50,201 nucleotides of DNA from a virus (taxonomy: Duplodnaviria; Caudoviricetes): positions 1 through 50,201 of the IMG/VR virus record IMGVR_UViG_3300017778_001537; one strand, 5' to 3'. A model generated the notes under the pieces. The model was not told where the DNA came from, did no database searches, and saw nothing but the letters and a program-made list of their open reading frames with translations. Within the stretch, counting starts at the first letter, position 1; every line of letters starts with the position of its first letter. Made by a program: the position numbers and the translations under genes. This document shows positions 19,839-27,999 of this stretch, piece after piece.

Positions 19839-20332
19839 CTATGAAAAATATTGGATCAGACTATTCATCGTCTGAGCTAACTAACATTGAAAAGGGTGAC
19901 ATTCAGCCTAACGCTGTTGACCTGCGTCTTGGTAAAGTTCTTTGGATCAGCAGCGGCGAGTTTATAATTGATGAGGATCAGAAGATCCATCGCGGCACTG
20001 TTGAGATGGTGGTTGATGATTTTGGGTATTACAGACTGGAGCCAGGCCATTATGAAGTGGTTATGCAAAACAAAATTACTGTCGGCTATGGTGAAGCTGG
20101 ATGGGTTATTACCCGTTCTACTCTCAATCGCAATGGTGTATTCCTTACTTCTGGTCTGTACGATACTGGTTATTCCGGTGTCATGGCTGGTGTTATGCAT
20201 GTTACAGTTGGGCCTATGCGTATTAAGCCTGGCACTCGTATTGGTCAGTACTTGTGCTTCGCAGCGCAAGCAGTAAGCTCGTATGATGGTGACTACGGCG
20301 ATGGCAAAGCTCACGATGTGAAGTACAAATAA
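19835..20332 (+). CDS. dCTP deaminase / trimeric dUTPase family
   Basis: QPNAVDLRL, RSTLNRNG, YDTGYSG, RIGQ, YDGDY. Confidence 0.85.
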   Translation: MTMKNIGSDYSSSELTNIEKGDIQPNAVDLRLGKVLWISSGEFIIDEDQKIHRGTVEMVVDDFGYYRLEPGHYEVVMQNKITVGYGEAGWVITRSTLNRNGVFLTSGLYDTGYSGVMAGVMHVTVGPMRIKPGTRIGQYLCFAAQAVSSYDGDYGDGKAHDVKYK

Positions 20333-20553
20333 TGTTTAGCGTCGAACACGAGTTTGACAACACAACAGTAACAGTTTTGGATGACAGCGGCGAACAAGAG
20401 GATGTCGCTGTTATCCTTTTTGATGATGTTGTCTACATCCGCCAGTACGTCGAGGACACTGACCTTGCCTCAGTCGTCACAATGACACCCAAGATGTTTG
20501 CAGAGATGATCGAAGCATATAATTGCCACGAAGGCTCTTTTATTACAAGATAG
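20332..20553 (+). CDS. hypothetical acidic protein
   Basis: coupled ORF (TAATG). Confidence 0.7.
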   Translation: MFSVEHEFDNTTVTVLDDSGEQEDVAVILFDDVVYIRQYVEDTDLASVVTMTPKMFAEMIEAYNCHEGSFITR

Positions 20554-20556
20554 CTA

Positions 20557-20585
20557 TTGACTTCCTCACAACACCGCTGTATATT
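20557..20585 (+). promoter_or_regulatory. sigma70-like early promoter
   Basis: TTGACT-N17-TATATT. Confidence 0.7.
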
Positions 20586-20611
20586 GCTTTAGCTTACAAG
20601 GGAGAATCTAG

Positions 20612-20830
20612 ATGAGCAATCAACGTCCAGGCAAGACTCACCGCGCTGCTGCTAGCGATAACACTAGCGATATGCGCATGCGTAACTTCTTTCGCGAGTG
20701 TCGGCAGTTGTTCACTGCGTTAGATAGAGATGATGTTGCAGACTTCTGTGAGACTATCATGGAAGAGTACAACGCTGGTCGTCAGTTGCCTACCCATCCT
20801 AAAGACATTCAACGATTGTTTGGTCTGTGA
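20612..20830 (+). CDS. hypothetical protein
   Basis: GGGAG SD. Confidence 0.7.
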   Translation: MSNQRPGKTHRAAASDNTSDMRMRNFFRECRQLFTALDRDDVADFCETIMEEYNAGRQLPTHPKDIQRLFGL

Positions 20831-21009
20831 TGGAAGACCTACCAATTGAGCTTGAATGCTTCCTGATGACTTACGGGTTCTTCGAGAACGACAAAGCGCC
20901 TGGTTCGCATTTGCATGCAGTGGTTAAACACCCTGAACCTGTTGTGTATGGTACACCTAAGCCAACTGGCTGGGTTCCATCATTCAAAGGTGAAGAACCT
21001 CCATTCTAG
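20827..21009 (+). CDS. hypothetical protein
   Basis: coupled ORF (GTGA overlap). Confidence 0.6.
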   Translation: MMEDLPIELECFLMTYGFFENDKAPGSHLHAVVKHPEPVVYGTPKPTGWVPSFKGEEPPF

Positions 21010-21104
21010 TGCGATGCTCCAAAAATGGAGCATCCAAACGCTGATGTTGACTTTAAGTGTAAAGCAGTCTATAAGTAAGCCAGTAACGACAAAAGGAGAA
21101 ACCA

Positions 21105-21698
21105 ATGACGATGTCCTACATCATCGGTGGCGTTGCTTCCTCAGCCGTGATTCTTGCTAGCGCATTTATCTATGGAACGGCTCCGAAAGCAGAAGCTGCC
21201 GTTCCTCAGAAGGAAATAGTATACGTCGAGCGTGTAGTAGAACGCGTAGTGGAAAAAATTGTTACAGTTCCCGCTCGTGTACCAGCAGACCCCGAAGCGA
21301 TCTTTGCAGATGTTAGCGATAAAGATCGTGAGTGCTTGGCGCTCAATGTTTATTTTGAAAGTCGCGGCGAAAGCCAAATTGGCCAAGAGTTTGTAGCATG
21401 GGTTACACTCAACCGTGTAACGAGTGGACAGTTCCCGATCACCATTTGTGATACAGTTTGGGAAAACATGCAGTTCTCTTGGACCCACGATGGTAAGAGT
21501 GATAAACCTGACGACAAACAAGCGTGGGCAGTAGCGCAATCGATTGCCAATGAAGTAATTGATGTATATGGTGTGGACAGAGATCCTACCGAAGGTGCTA
21601 CATTCTTTCACGCTGACTACACTAACCCGTACTGGACCAAAAATGTACACAAAGTGGTTCAGATCGACAGCCACATCTTTTATAGTTATAGTGGTTGA
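21105..21698 (+). CDS. SleB-like cell wall hydrolase (Hydrolase_2)
   Basis: N-terminal signal/TM, CLALNVYFESRGE, VAWVTLNRV, QFSW, GATFFHA, HIFY. Confidence 0.92.
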   Translation: MTMSYIIGGVASSAVILASAFIYGTAPKAEAAVPQKEIVYVERVVERVVEKIVTVPARVPADPEAIFADVSDKDRECLALNVYFESRGESQIGQEFVAWVTLNRVTSGQFPITICDTVWENMQFSWTHDGKSDKPDDKQAWAVAQSIANEVIDVYGVDRDPTEGATFFHADYTNPYWTKNVHKVVQIDSHIFYSYSG

Positions 21699-21723
21699 CC
21701 TCTCTAGTTTTCTGTTGTACTAT
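21695..21723 (+). promoter_or_regulatory. promoter for tmRNA
   Basis: TTGACC-N17-TACTAT. Confidence 0.6.
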
Positions 21724-21729
21724 ATAACT

Positions 21730-22032
21730 TGTAGACGTTGAAGCAACGTGGACACATTCTGGACTCGGCTTCGAAGCCGACACCTCCACCACGGACACGC
21801 TAAAAATTGCCAAAGTGTTGGGCTATAATAAAAAACGCCAGTGCGTTGAACGCTAGTGTGTCTTTGATGGGGGTGAAATGGGATCGACAGGTGTGAAGAT
21901 GACGTGGAGTTTACCGGATTGCCTCGTATCGGCTACTAAACTAAATGCAAATGAAAATTTCGCACCTAAGGCTTTTGCTCTAGCAGCATAAGTACTGTGG
22001 GTATGGTTCCACCTAGAAACAGAACGGACCAC
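21730..22032 (+). ncRNA. ssrA: circularly permuted two-piece tmRNA (alphaproteobacterial type), tag ANENFAPKAFALAA
   Basis: Acceptor piece ends CACCTCC-ACCA (21781-21791). Coding piece starts GGGGGTGAAATGGGATCGAC (21869). The two form a 7-bp stem with G3.U70. Tag frame 21947-21991 follows TAAAT; outer ends approximate. Confidence 0.93.
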
Positions 22033-22063
22033 TTAACCATGTTTAAACAAATAGGATGAATAC

Positions 22064-22420
22064 ATGAAGACCTTTCTTATGACCGCCGCTGCTGTTCTTG
22101 CTCTTTCTGCTACCGCAGCTTCTGCTCTTGACTTTGGCAATGGCTTTGCTCTTGACAATGAAGTGTACACTGCGTATGAAGTGAATGCTGAATCGACCAC
22201 TCTGACCTACACTGCTAACCTCAACTACGTGTTCGCCGAAGGCGCTGTCGCCTATGTTGAGACCGCTGTTGACTTGCAGGACATCGGCTACAATGGCGTT
22301 GAGCTCGGTGTGACCTATCTGCTTCCAGCTAATGCAGACATTCAGCTTGGCGCATACACCACCTACGATGCTGACTGGAACAACGATGAGATCGTTTTGG
22401 AAGCTACTCTTAGCTTCTAA
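22064..22420 (+). CDS. small outer-membrane beta-barrel / porin-like protein
   Basis: signal peptide ending ASA, alternating beta-strand pattern, C-terminal Phe (LEATLSF). Confidence 0.7.
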   Translation: MKTFLMTAAAVLALSATAASALDFGNGFALDNEVYTAYEVNAESTTLTYTANLNYVFAEGAVAYVETAVDLQDIGYNGVELGVTYLLPANADIQLGAYTTYDADWNNDEIVLEATLSF

Positions 22421-22449
22421 GACTTGATACTATTAACTAGTTACATTAT

Positions 22450-22486
22450 AAGCCACACTGCTCATACTGGCCAGTGTGGCTTTTTT
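22450..22486 (+). terminator. intrinsic terminator
   Basis: AAGCCACACTG...CAGTGTGGCTT + T run. Confidence 0.85.
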
Positions 22487-22509
22487 ATGTTCATTGTACA
22501 ACTTTGCTG

Positions 22510-22538
22510 TTGACTTCAATGCAACATCTGTGTATAAA
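22510..22538 (+). promoter_or_regulatory. early promoter
   Basis: CTGTTGACT-N17-TATAAA. Confidence 0.7.
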
Positions 22539-22569
22539 GGTGTTCCGTTCATAACAACAGGAACACATC

Positions 22570-22848
22570 ATGGCGTTTTTTATCTACAGCGATAGCAACT
22601 CTGGTCCGTTCAACTATGCTCGTATGAAGTGCATTGATCCTACCAATGCTTGGAAACAACACCTCAGCAACTATTTCTATCTTCGCTTCATCCTCGACAA
22701 GTCTGATGACCGAGTCGAAAAATGGCAAGCAAACAAGGAAATGCAGATCGCTGAACGAAAAATGGCCTTCTGGGAAAAAAGTCCCGACTTCAAGAAAGAT
22801 GTTGCTCAACAATACAGAGACCAGCAGAAAAAAGTTTGGAATTCTTAA
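22570..22848 (+). CDS. hypothetical early protein
   Basis: AGGA SD, own promoter. Confidence 0.75.
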   Translation: MAFFIYSDSNSGPFNYARMKCIDPTNAWKQHLSNYFYLRFILDKSDDRVEKWQANKEMQIAERKMAFWEKSPDFKKDVAQQYRDQQKKVWNS

Positions 22849-22867
22849 AAATACTTTGGATGCCCTG

Positions 22868-22896
22868 TTGACTTCACGTCGACGGGGCATTATATT
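22868..22896 (+). promoter_or_regulatory. early promoter
   Basis: TTGACT-N17-TATATT. Confidence 0.8.
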
Positions 22897-22921
22897 AAGT
22901 ACAGCACAGAGGAGAGCTAAG

Positions 22922-23089
22922 ATGTTTAAGGTAGAAAATAAAACGACCGGTGAAGTTGAGATTTGCGAATCTTTCGTGATGGCCGAGTTGATGGTATGTT
23001 CTTTGATAGTTGAAGGAGATGAAGACGAGGTTTTCATCAACGGTGTTCAGTATGAAATTATCGGTGGTTATCCTGAAATAAAGAAATAA
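22922..23089 (+). CDS. hypothetical early protein (55 aa)
   Basis: GAGGAG SD before ATG 22922. Confidence 0.7.
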   Translation: MFKVENKTTGEVEICESFVMAELMVCSLIVEGDEDEVFINGVQYEIIGGYPEIKK

Positions 23090-23093
23090 GCTG

Positions 23094-23122
23094 TTGACTT
23101 CTTGCTGACGAAGTGTTATATT
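23094..23122 (+). promoter_or_regulatory. early promoter
   Basis: TTGACT-N17-TATATT. Confidence 0.8.
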
Positions 23123-23146
23123 AATAGCAACAGAGGAGAGAACACG

Positions 23147-23479
23147 ATGACAACCTTCACCCGCGAAAAGTTTGTAGAGCTGATCACCCGCAACGACGAA
23201 GTTGGAATGCACGCAATTGGTCGCGCTTTGGTGCACCTGTTCAAGCGTCAGACCGAAGCCGAGCGTGCTATCAACAGCACCGCTGTCCATAATGCTCGCG
23301 GGTTTACTCCTGCTGATGCTCGTGTTGGTTCGATCACTGCAAAGTATTACATCAAGAACAAGAAGCTGCTCGGCTGGCAGATGGAGCAGTGGACTGCAGC
23401 TAACGACAAGGGTCGTCTGCGTCTTGAGAAGTACTACCGTCAGATCGCAGAAGAAGTTTCTGCAAAGAAAGCAAACTAG
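23147..23479 (+). CDS. hypothetical early protein
   Basis: GAGGAG SD; RALV.LF.RQT..E......HN..GF...DA. Confidence 0.8.
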   Translation: MTTFTREKFVELITRNDEVGMHAIGRALVHLFKRQTEAERAINSTAVHNARGFTPADARVGSITAKYYIKNKKLLGWQMEQWTAANDKGRLRLEKYYRQIAEEVSAKKAN

Positions 23480-23482
23480 GAG

Positions 23483-23689
23483 ATGAAGATGATAAAGTTT
23501 CACGTGGAATGGGATCAGTGGTATCGTTGTGGGCGTCATGGTGATGACAAAGATTACGATCGCATGGTTCGAGTTTGTGAAACCATGACCGAAGCTCAAA
23601 CCTTTGTTGATGAGCTGGTCGCAGGCAAGTATCGTGGGTTTCGCGATCTTGGAGTTTATTACAATGAAGTGACAATTACTGAAAAGTAA
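23483..23689 (+). CDS. hypothetical protein
   Basis: AGGAG SD. Confidence 0.7.
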   Translation: MKMIKFHVEWDQWYRCGRHGDDKDYDRMVRVCETMTEAQTFVDELVAGKYRGFRDLGVYYNEVTITEK

Positions 23690-23692
23690 CTG

Positions 23693-23721
23693 TTGACTTC
23701 ACGACGACAAGCTACTATATT
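23693..23721 (+). promoter_or_regulatory. early promoter
   Basis: TTGACT-N17-TATATT. Confidence 0.8.
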
Positions 23722-23752
23722 AGTATCATAGACACACACAGGAGACTACAAA

Positions 23753-24724
23753 ATGGCTCACGAACTTGAAATCGTAAACGGTGTTGCTCAGATGGCTTAT
23801 GCAGGCGAGACGCCTTGGCATGGTCTGGGTGTCAAGGTCTCGAACGATCTGACTCCCGAGCAGATGATGGATAAGGCTGGCCTTAACTGGGCAGTTGAGA
23901 AGAAGGATCTGACGATCGAAGGTACGAACATCAAGGTTCCTGGCCATCAGGCTCTGATCCGTTCGACCGACAACAAGATCTTGGATGTTGTTGGCGAAGA
24001 CTGGAACCCTGTGCAGAACGAAGAAGCGTTCAAGTTCTTCTCCGAGTACGTACTTGCTGGTGATATGGAAATGAACACCGCTGGTTCGATCAAGGATGGT
24101 CGCAACGTGTGGGCTTTGGCTAAGGTCAAAGAGTCGTTCACGATCCTTGGCAGCGACCAAGTTGATTCGTATTTGTTGTTCAGCAACCCTCACCAGTATG
24201 GTAAGGCGATCGATGTTCGCTTCACTCCGATCCGTGTCGTCTGCAACAACACTCTGACGATGTCGCTGCAGTCTGCTTCGAAGAACCAAGTCAAGCTGAA
24301 CCACCGTTCGGTGTTTGATGCAGAGACTGTCAAGACGACCTTGGGGATTGCTCACGAGAAGTTTGGCAAGTACAAAGAGATGGCAGAGTTCTTGGCTTCC
24401 AAGAAGTTCTCGGTCGACTCGTTGATCCAGTACTACAACGATGTGTTCCCTCACACGTACAACAAGGACAAGAGCGTCAAGGTGTCGAAGGTCGAAGATC
24501 TGACCAAGACTGCAAAAGCAGCAATGGCTGTTCTCGATACCCAGCCTGGTGCTAACTTGGGTGCTGGTACTTGGTGGCAGGCTTTCAACTCTGTCACGTA
24601 TCTGACCGACCATGAGATGGGTCGTTCTGCAGATACTCGGATGGAGTCGGCTTGGTTCGGTATCAACCAGACTCGCAAGATCAAAGCTGCTCACAAGGCT
24701 GTGGAATACGCCACAGCCGCCTAA
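23753..24724 (+). CDS. DUF932/DUF945 family phage protein
   Basis: MAH...PWHGLG, PVQN, TPIRVVCNNT, GTWWQAFNSVT. Confidence 0.88.
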   Translation: MAHELEIVNGVAQMAYAGETPWHGLGVKVSNDLTPEQMMDKAGLNWAVEKKDLTIEGTNIKVPGHQALIRSTDNKILDVVGEDWNPVQNEEAFKFFSEYVLAGDMEMNTAGSIKDGRNVWALAKVKESFTILGSDQVDSYLLFSNPHQYGKAIDVRFTPIRVVCNNTLTMSLQSASKNQVKLNHRSVFDAETVKTTLGIAHEKFGKYKEMAEFLASKKFSVDSLIQYYNDVFPHTYNKDKSVKVSKVEDLTKTAKAAMAVLDTQPGANLGAGTWWQAFNSVTYLTDHEMGRSADTRMESAWFGINQTRKIKAAHKAVEYATAA

Positions 24725-24768
24725 GCTCGAGTGCCTCCCCGACTAAATAAACAGAAAGGGAGGCACTT

Positions 24769-25029
24769 ATGTACGAGTTTTCTGTTGACCTGCTAGAAAA
24801 AGCTCTGTATAGCTATACTGTGACCAGTTGCTACGGGGAATGGGATGACGACTTCTACCTCCAAGCATCTTACGAGTCATTCATGGACCCTACGCTAGCT
24901 GCGTGCATTGTAATGGATTATATCGATGAAGCCTGCCTCCCAATTTACGAAGAAAACTGTGCGAACTTTCGCGAGTTCTTTGATAAATACAAAACGCCAC
25001 TGGATGGTGGGTATCCAATGGGCTGTTGA
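24769..25029 (+). CDS. hypothetical acidic protein
   Basis: GGGAGG SD lying inside a hairpin. Confidence 0.55.
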   Translation: MYEFSVDLLEKALYSYTVTSCYGEWDDDFYLQASYESFMDPTLAACIVMDYIDEACLPIYEENCANFREFFDKYKTPLDGGYPMGC

Positions 25030-25150
25030 CGGTTCAAAGGGTAACAAGTATACTATTGAGATGACGGATGATGGATTTGTTTGCGACTGTCCTGCGTTTA
25101 AGAAGTGCAAACATATCGATGCAGTGGAACAACAGATTGTGGAGGCTTGA
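24926..25150 (+). CDS. SWIM zinc-finger protein
   Basis: GSKGNKYTI...CDCPAF.KCKH; start uncertain. Confidence 0.75.
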   Translation: MKPASQFTKKTVRTFASSLINTKRHWMVGIQWAVDGSKGNKYTIEMTDDGFVCDCPAFKKCKHIDAVEQQIVEA

Positions 25151-25335
25151 TGATGGGTTATGTAAACAACGAGAAAGAACCAGAGTTGGTGTTTGTTGGT
25201 AACGACGACCAAGAGCTGACCATGATTGCTCGCATGGTCAACAAGCTGAACGCTGATCTAGTTGACTCTGGCTTTGAGCAGTACAAATTTGACCTGGAGT
25301 TGAAAGGTGATAAAGCCTACATCAAACAGGTCTAA
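25150..25335 (+). CDS. hypothetical protein
   Basis: GGAGG SD, coupled to previous ORF. Confidence 0.7.
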   Translation: MMGYVNNEKEPELVFVGNDDQELTMIARMVNKLNADLVDSGFEQYKFDLELKGDKAYIKQV

Positions 25336-25358
25336 CAGTTAGTGATGGTAATGATTGC

Positions 25359-25383
25359 AGGGGCGCTTATGCGCCCCTTTTTT
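25359..25383 (+). terminator. intrinsic terminator
   Basis: AGGGGCGC-TTAT-GCGCCCCT + T run. Confidence 0.85.
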
Positions 25384-25387
25384 GTTG

Positions 25388-25395
25388 TATAAATA
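25388..25395 (+). promoter_or_regulatory. T4-type late promoter
   Basis: TATAAATA heading the late block. Confidence 0.8.
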
Positions 25396-25424
25396 GTACA
25401 AACTATTAATCATATGGGACCGCT

Positions 25425-26282
25425 ATGTTGAAATTCACCAAATTCCTTACAGAACAACAAGAGCAGATTGCTGCTAGAGGCGTCAGTGCAAAAGCTCAAG
25501 CTGCTGAAAAATCTGCCTACAATAAGCTATTGGTTAGTACTGATGCTCAGTCACTTGTATCGCCTGCTGGCTTTGATGCCGGATTTCCAGACTTTGCTTT
25601 CCGTTTCAAGTTGTCGACAGGTAAAACAATCGATGTGCATATTGAATACAAAGCTGACTACAAGGCTCAGATGGGGTCGATGCGCGATTGGATCTTCGAT
25701 GGTAAAACATTCTCAACACCCGACACGGGTAGCGAATCAAAGCAAGAGCTAATTTATATCCTGAACAACACTCCGCTTGCAATCCAGAATGGTAAGAGAC
25801 TGCTTGGTGACTTGCAAACTTATTTTAGCAAAGATGTTAGTAAGATTTACTCTGGGTCGCTGACTGTAATTTCCGACAAAGCTGAGCGTAGAACTGCGAC
25901 ACAAAACTTTGCAAAGAATACTGACAACTATAGCATTGCAGCGATCTCTGACAACAAGCTGGGTGATCAGATTGTTAAGCACTACAAGACAAAGTTCAAG
26001 AAGAATTTGAAGGCTGGATCACAAGGTGCAATCCTATTAATGATGTTGAAAGATACGGTGTGGCTGGTTGATACTGATGGTAGTGTAACTGATGCAGACA
26101 TGGCTGATCTCACAAAGCGTTTCAAGATTGACAAGTTTGACAAACTGGACAACTTGACAGCTAAGCTCGAAGTGAGAATCCAGCCTCGTGGTTTGAACAG
26201 CCCTGGCAAGCCAACATCGATTGACGTGATGGCAAGTTTCAGACTTGCAGGTGCTCCTCAAGGAGGAGGTAAGGTAATATAA
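25425..26282 (+). CDS. putative internal head protein with PD-(D/E)XK nuclease motif
   Basis: MLKFTKFLTE N-terminus; GFPDF...IEYK. Confidence 0.6.
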   Translation: MLKFTKFLTEQQEQIAARGVSAKAQAAEKSAYNKLLVSTDAQSLVSPAGFDAGFPDFAFRFKLSTGKTIDVHIEYKADYKAQMGSMRDWIFDGKTFSTPDTGSESKQELIYILNNTPLAIQNGKRLLGDLQTYFSKDVSKIYSGSLTVISDKAERRTATQNFAKNTDNYSIAAISDNKLGDQIVKHYKTKFKKNLKAGSQGAILLMMLKDTVWLVDTDGSVTDADMADLTKRFKIDKFDKLDNLTAKLEVRIQPRGLNSPGKPTSIDVMASFRLAGAPQGGGKVI

Positions 26283-27511
26283 TGATAAACTTTTCAAACT
26301 TTATTACTGAGCAAAAGAACACTCATATGACTCATATTGAGGATAAGGTGATCTACGGTGGTGTCAATGGAACACGTGAAGCTATTATGGCTTTGCGAAT
26401 GCTTCGTGACATGCTAAAAGGAACACATGAGGGTTCTGTCTCAGTTAAGTGGGACGGTGCTCCTGCAGTGTTTGCTGGGATTGATCCAACAGATGGTAAA
26501 TTCTTTGTTGCAAAGAAGGGAATCTTTAACAAGAATCCTAAGGTGTACAAGACTGCTGCTGAGGTTGATGATGACACATCAGGTGATCTTGCAGTTAAGC
26601 TAAAGGCTGCTTTACACTATCTTCCTGAGCTTGGTATCAAAGGTGTTGTGCAAGGAGACTTCCTATACAGCAGCGAAGATATTGGGGACGAGATGATTGA
26701 TGGCCAGCGCTATCTAACATTCCACCCTAACACAATTGTCTATGCTGTTCCGTATGACTCAGAAGCCGCTAAGACAATTCGCAAGTCAAAGATCGGTATT
26801 GTTTGGCATACTACATACAACGGCAATTCATTCGAATCCATGTCAGCGTCATACGGCGTTGATGTTTCACAATTTCATAAAAGCTCAAACGTGTGGTCTC
26901 AGGACGCAATGTTGCGTGATGTAACGAGAGCCACAATGAGCAAACAGGATACAGATACAGTAAATGAACTTCTTTCGCAAGCTGGTAAGCTATTTAACCA
27001 AATCAGTGGATCAACCCTCAGAGAACTCGAAGCTAACGAGCTCCTCGCCCAACACGTTGAAACCTACAACAACTCCTTTGTCCGAACAGGAACAATCATT
27101 ACCGATACCCGAGTTCATGTTAACGGCCTTGTCAAGTGGATCAACAACAAGTACCAAAAAGAAATCGACTCGCGCAAAACCCCAGCAGGAAAAGCAACTG
27201 TCGGAGCCAAGCTCCAAACCCTCCTCAACTTCTTCTCGGAAGAAAACAAAGCCAGCCTCGTAAAGATGTTTGAGCTACAAAAAGTCATTGTGCTGGCTAA
27301 ACTAAAACTTATAAATACTCTCAATAAGTTACAGACTATTGATACTTTTGTTAAGACTCGTAATGGATTCAAGGTAACAGGGGCCGAAGGCTATGTTGCT
27401 ATTGATAAACTTGGTGGTGATGCGGTAAAGATTGTTGATAGAATGGAATTTTCGTTCAACAACTTCTCGCCTGATATATTAAAGGGATGGGATAAACCAG
27501 GAAGAAAATAA
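26282..27511 (+). CDS. ligase-like nucleotidyltransferase (DUF6267-like)
   Basis: MINFSNFITE N-terminus; KWDG motif I, QGDFL, EGYV, VKIVDR. Confidence 0.65.
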   Translation: MINFSNFITEQKNTHMTHIEDKVIYGGVNGTREAIMALRMLRDMLKGTHEGSVSVKWDGAPAVFAGIDPTDGKFFVAKKGIFNKNPKVYKTAAEVDDDTSGDLAVKLKAALHYLPELGIKGVVQGDFLYSSEDIGDEMIDGQRYLTFHPNTIVYAVPYDSEAAKTIRKSKIGIVWHTTYNGNSFESMSASYGVDVSQFHKSSNVWSQDAMLRDVTRATMSKQDTDTVNELLSQAGKLFNQISGSTLRELEANELLAQHVETYNNSFVRTGTIITDTRVHVNGLVKWINNKYQKEIDSRKTPAGKATVGAKLQTLLNFFSEENKASLVKMFELQKVIVLAKLKLINTLNKLQTIDTFVKTRNGFKVTGAEGYVAIDKLGGDAVKIVDRMEFSFNNFSPDILKGWDKPGRK

Positions 27512-27999
27512 TGGCAAAAAAACTAGATTTTAAAGACTTTTTAACTGTTGATTATGCTCCAGGAATGGACCCTTTGATTAAAAAAGCTGCTAAGAAGCGC
27601 AAGAGTGATGAGACTGAAACGTCTGGCCCAAATGAAGCTGTTGAAGTGCTTGACGAAGCTCTAAATGCTCAGCAGCGTAGAACACGTGCAATGGGAATGA
27701 AACGCATCGCAGCAAAGATTGCCCTTGGCCGTGATCGCGCAGCGCGTAGATTTGCCGATATGCCTCGCTTGCAGAGTCGTGCACACAGGGAAGCAAGATC
27801 GTTTGTGTTTAAACGTCTATCAAAGGGACGTTCAAAAGAAGATATGTCTTTCCAACAGCGTCAAGAAATTGAAAAGCGTATGGACACTCCTGCAATGAAA
27901 AAGCGTATTGACCAACTAGCGACAAAGTTGTTGAAGAAGGTCCGCGCAGCAGAAGTTCAACGTCACCAAAATAGTGGGCAGCAAACAAAAAATGATTAA
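27511..27999 (+). CDS. basic prohead-core-like (gp68-like) protein
   Basis: FKDFL N-terminus, LDEAL..QQRR.R basic helix; TATAAATA at 27310. Confidence 0.5.
   Translation: MAKKLDFKDFLTVDYAPGMDPLIKKAAKKRKSDETETSGPNEAVEVLDEALNAQQRRTRAMGMKRIAAKIALGRDRAARRFADMPRLQSRAHREARSFVFKRLSKGRSKEDMSFQQRQEIEKRMDTPAMKKRIDQLATKLLKKVRAAEVQRHQNSGQQTKND

Noticed and set aside
23726-24694. 322-aa minus-strand ORF
   Set aside because: Antisense shadow of the DUF932 gene, likely from biased codon usage; no recognisable motifs
24769-25150. possible programmed frameshift joining overlapping ORFs
   Set aside because: No slippery site or stimulatory structure seen; the SWIM ORF has its own possible starts
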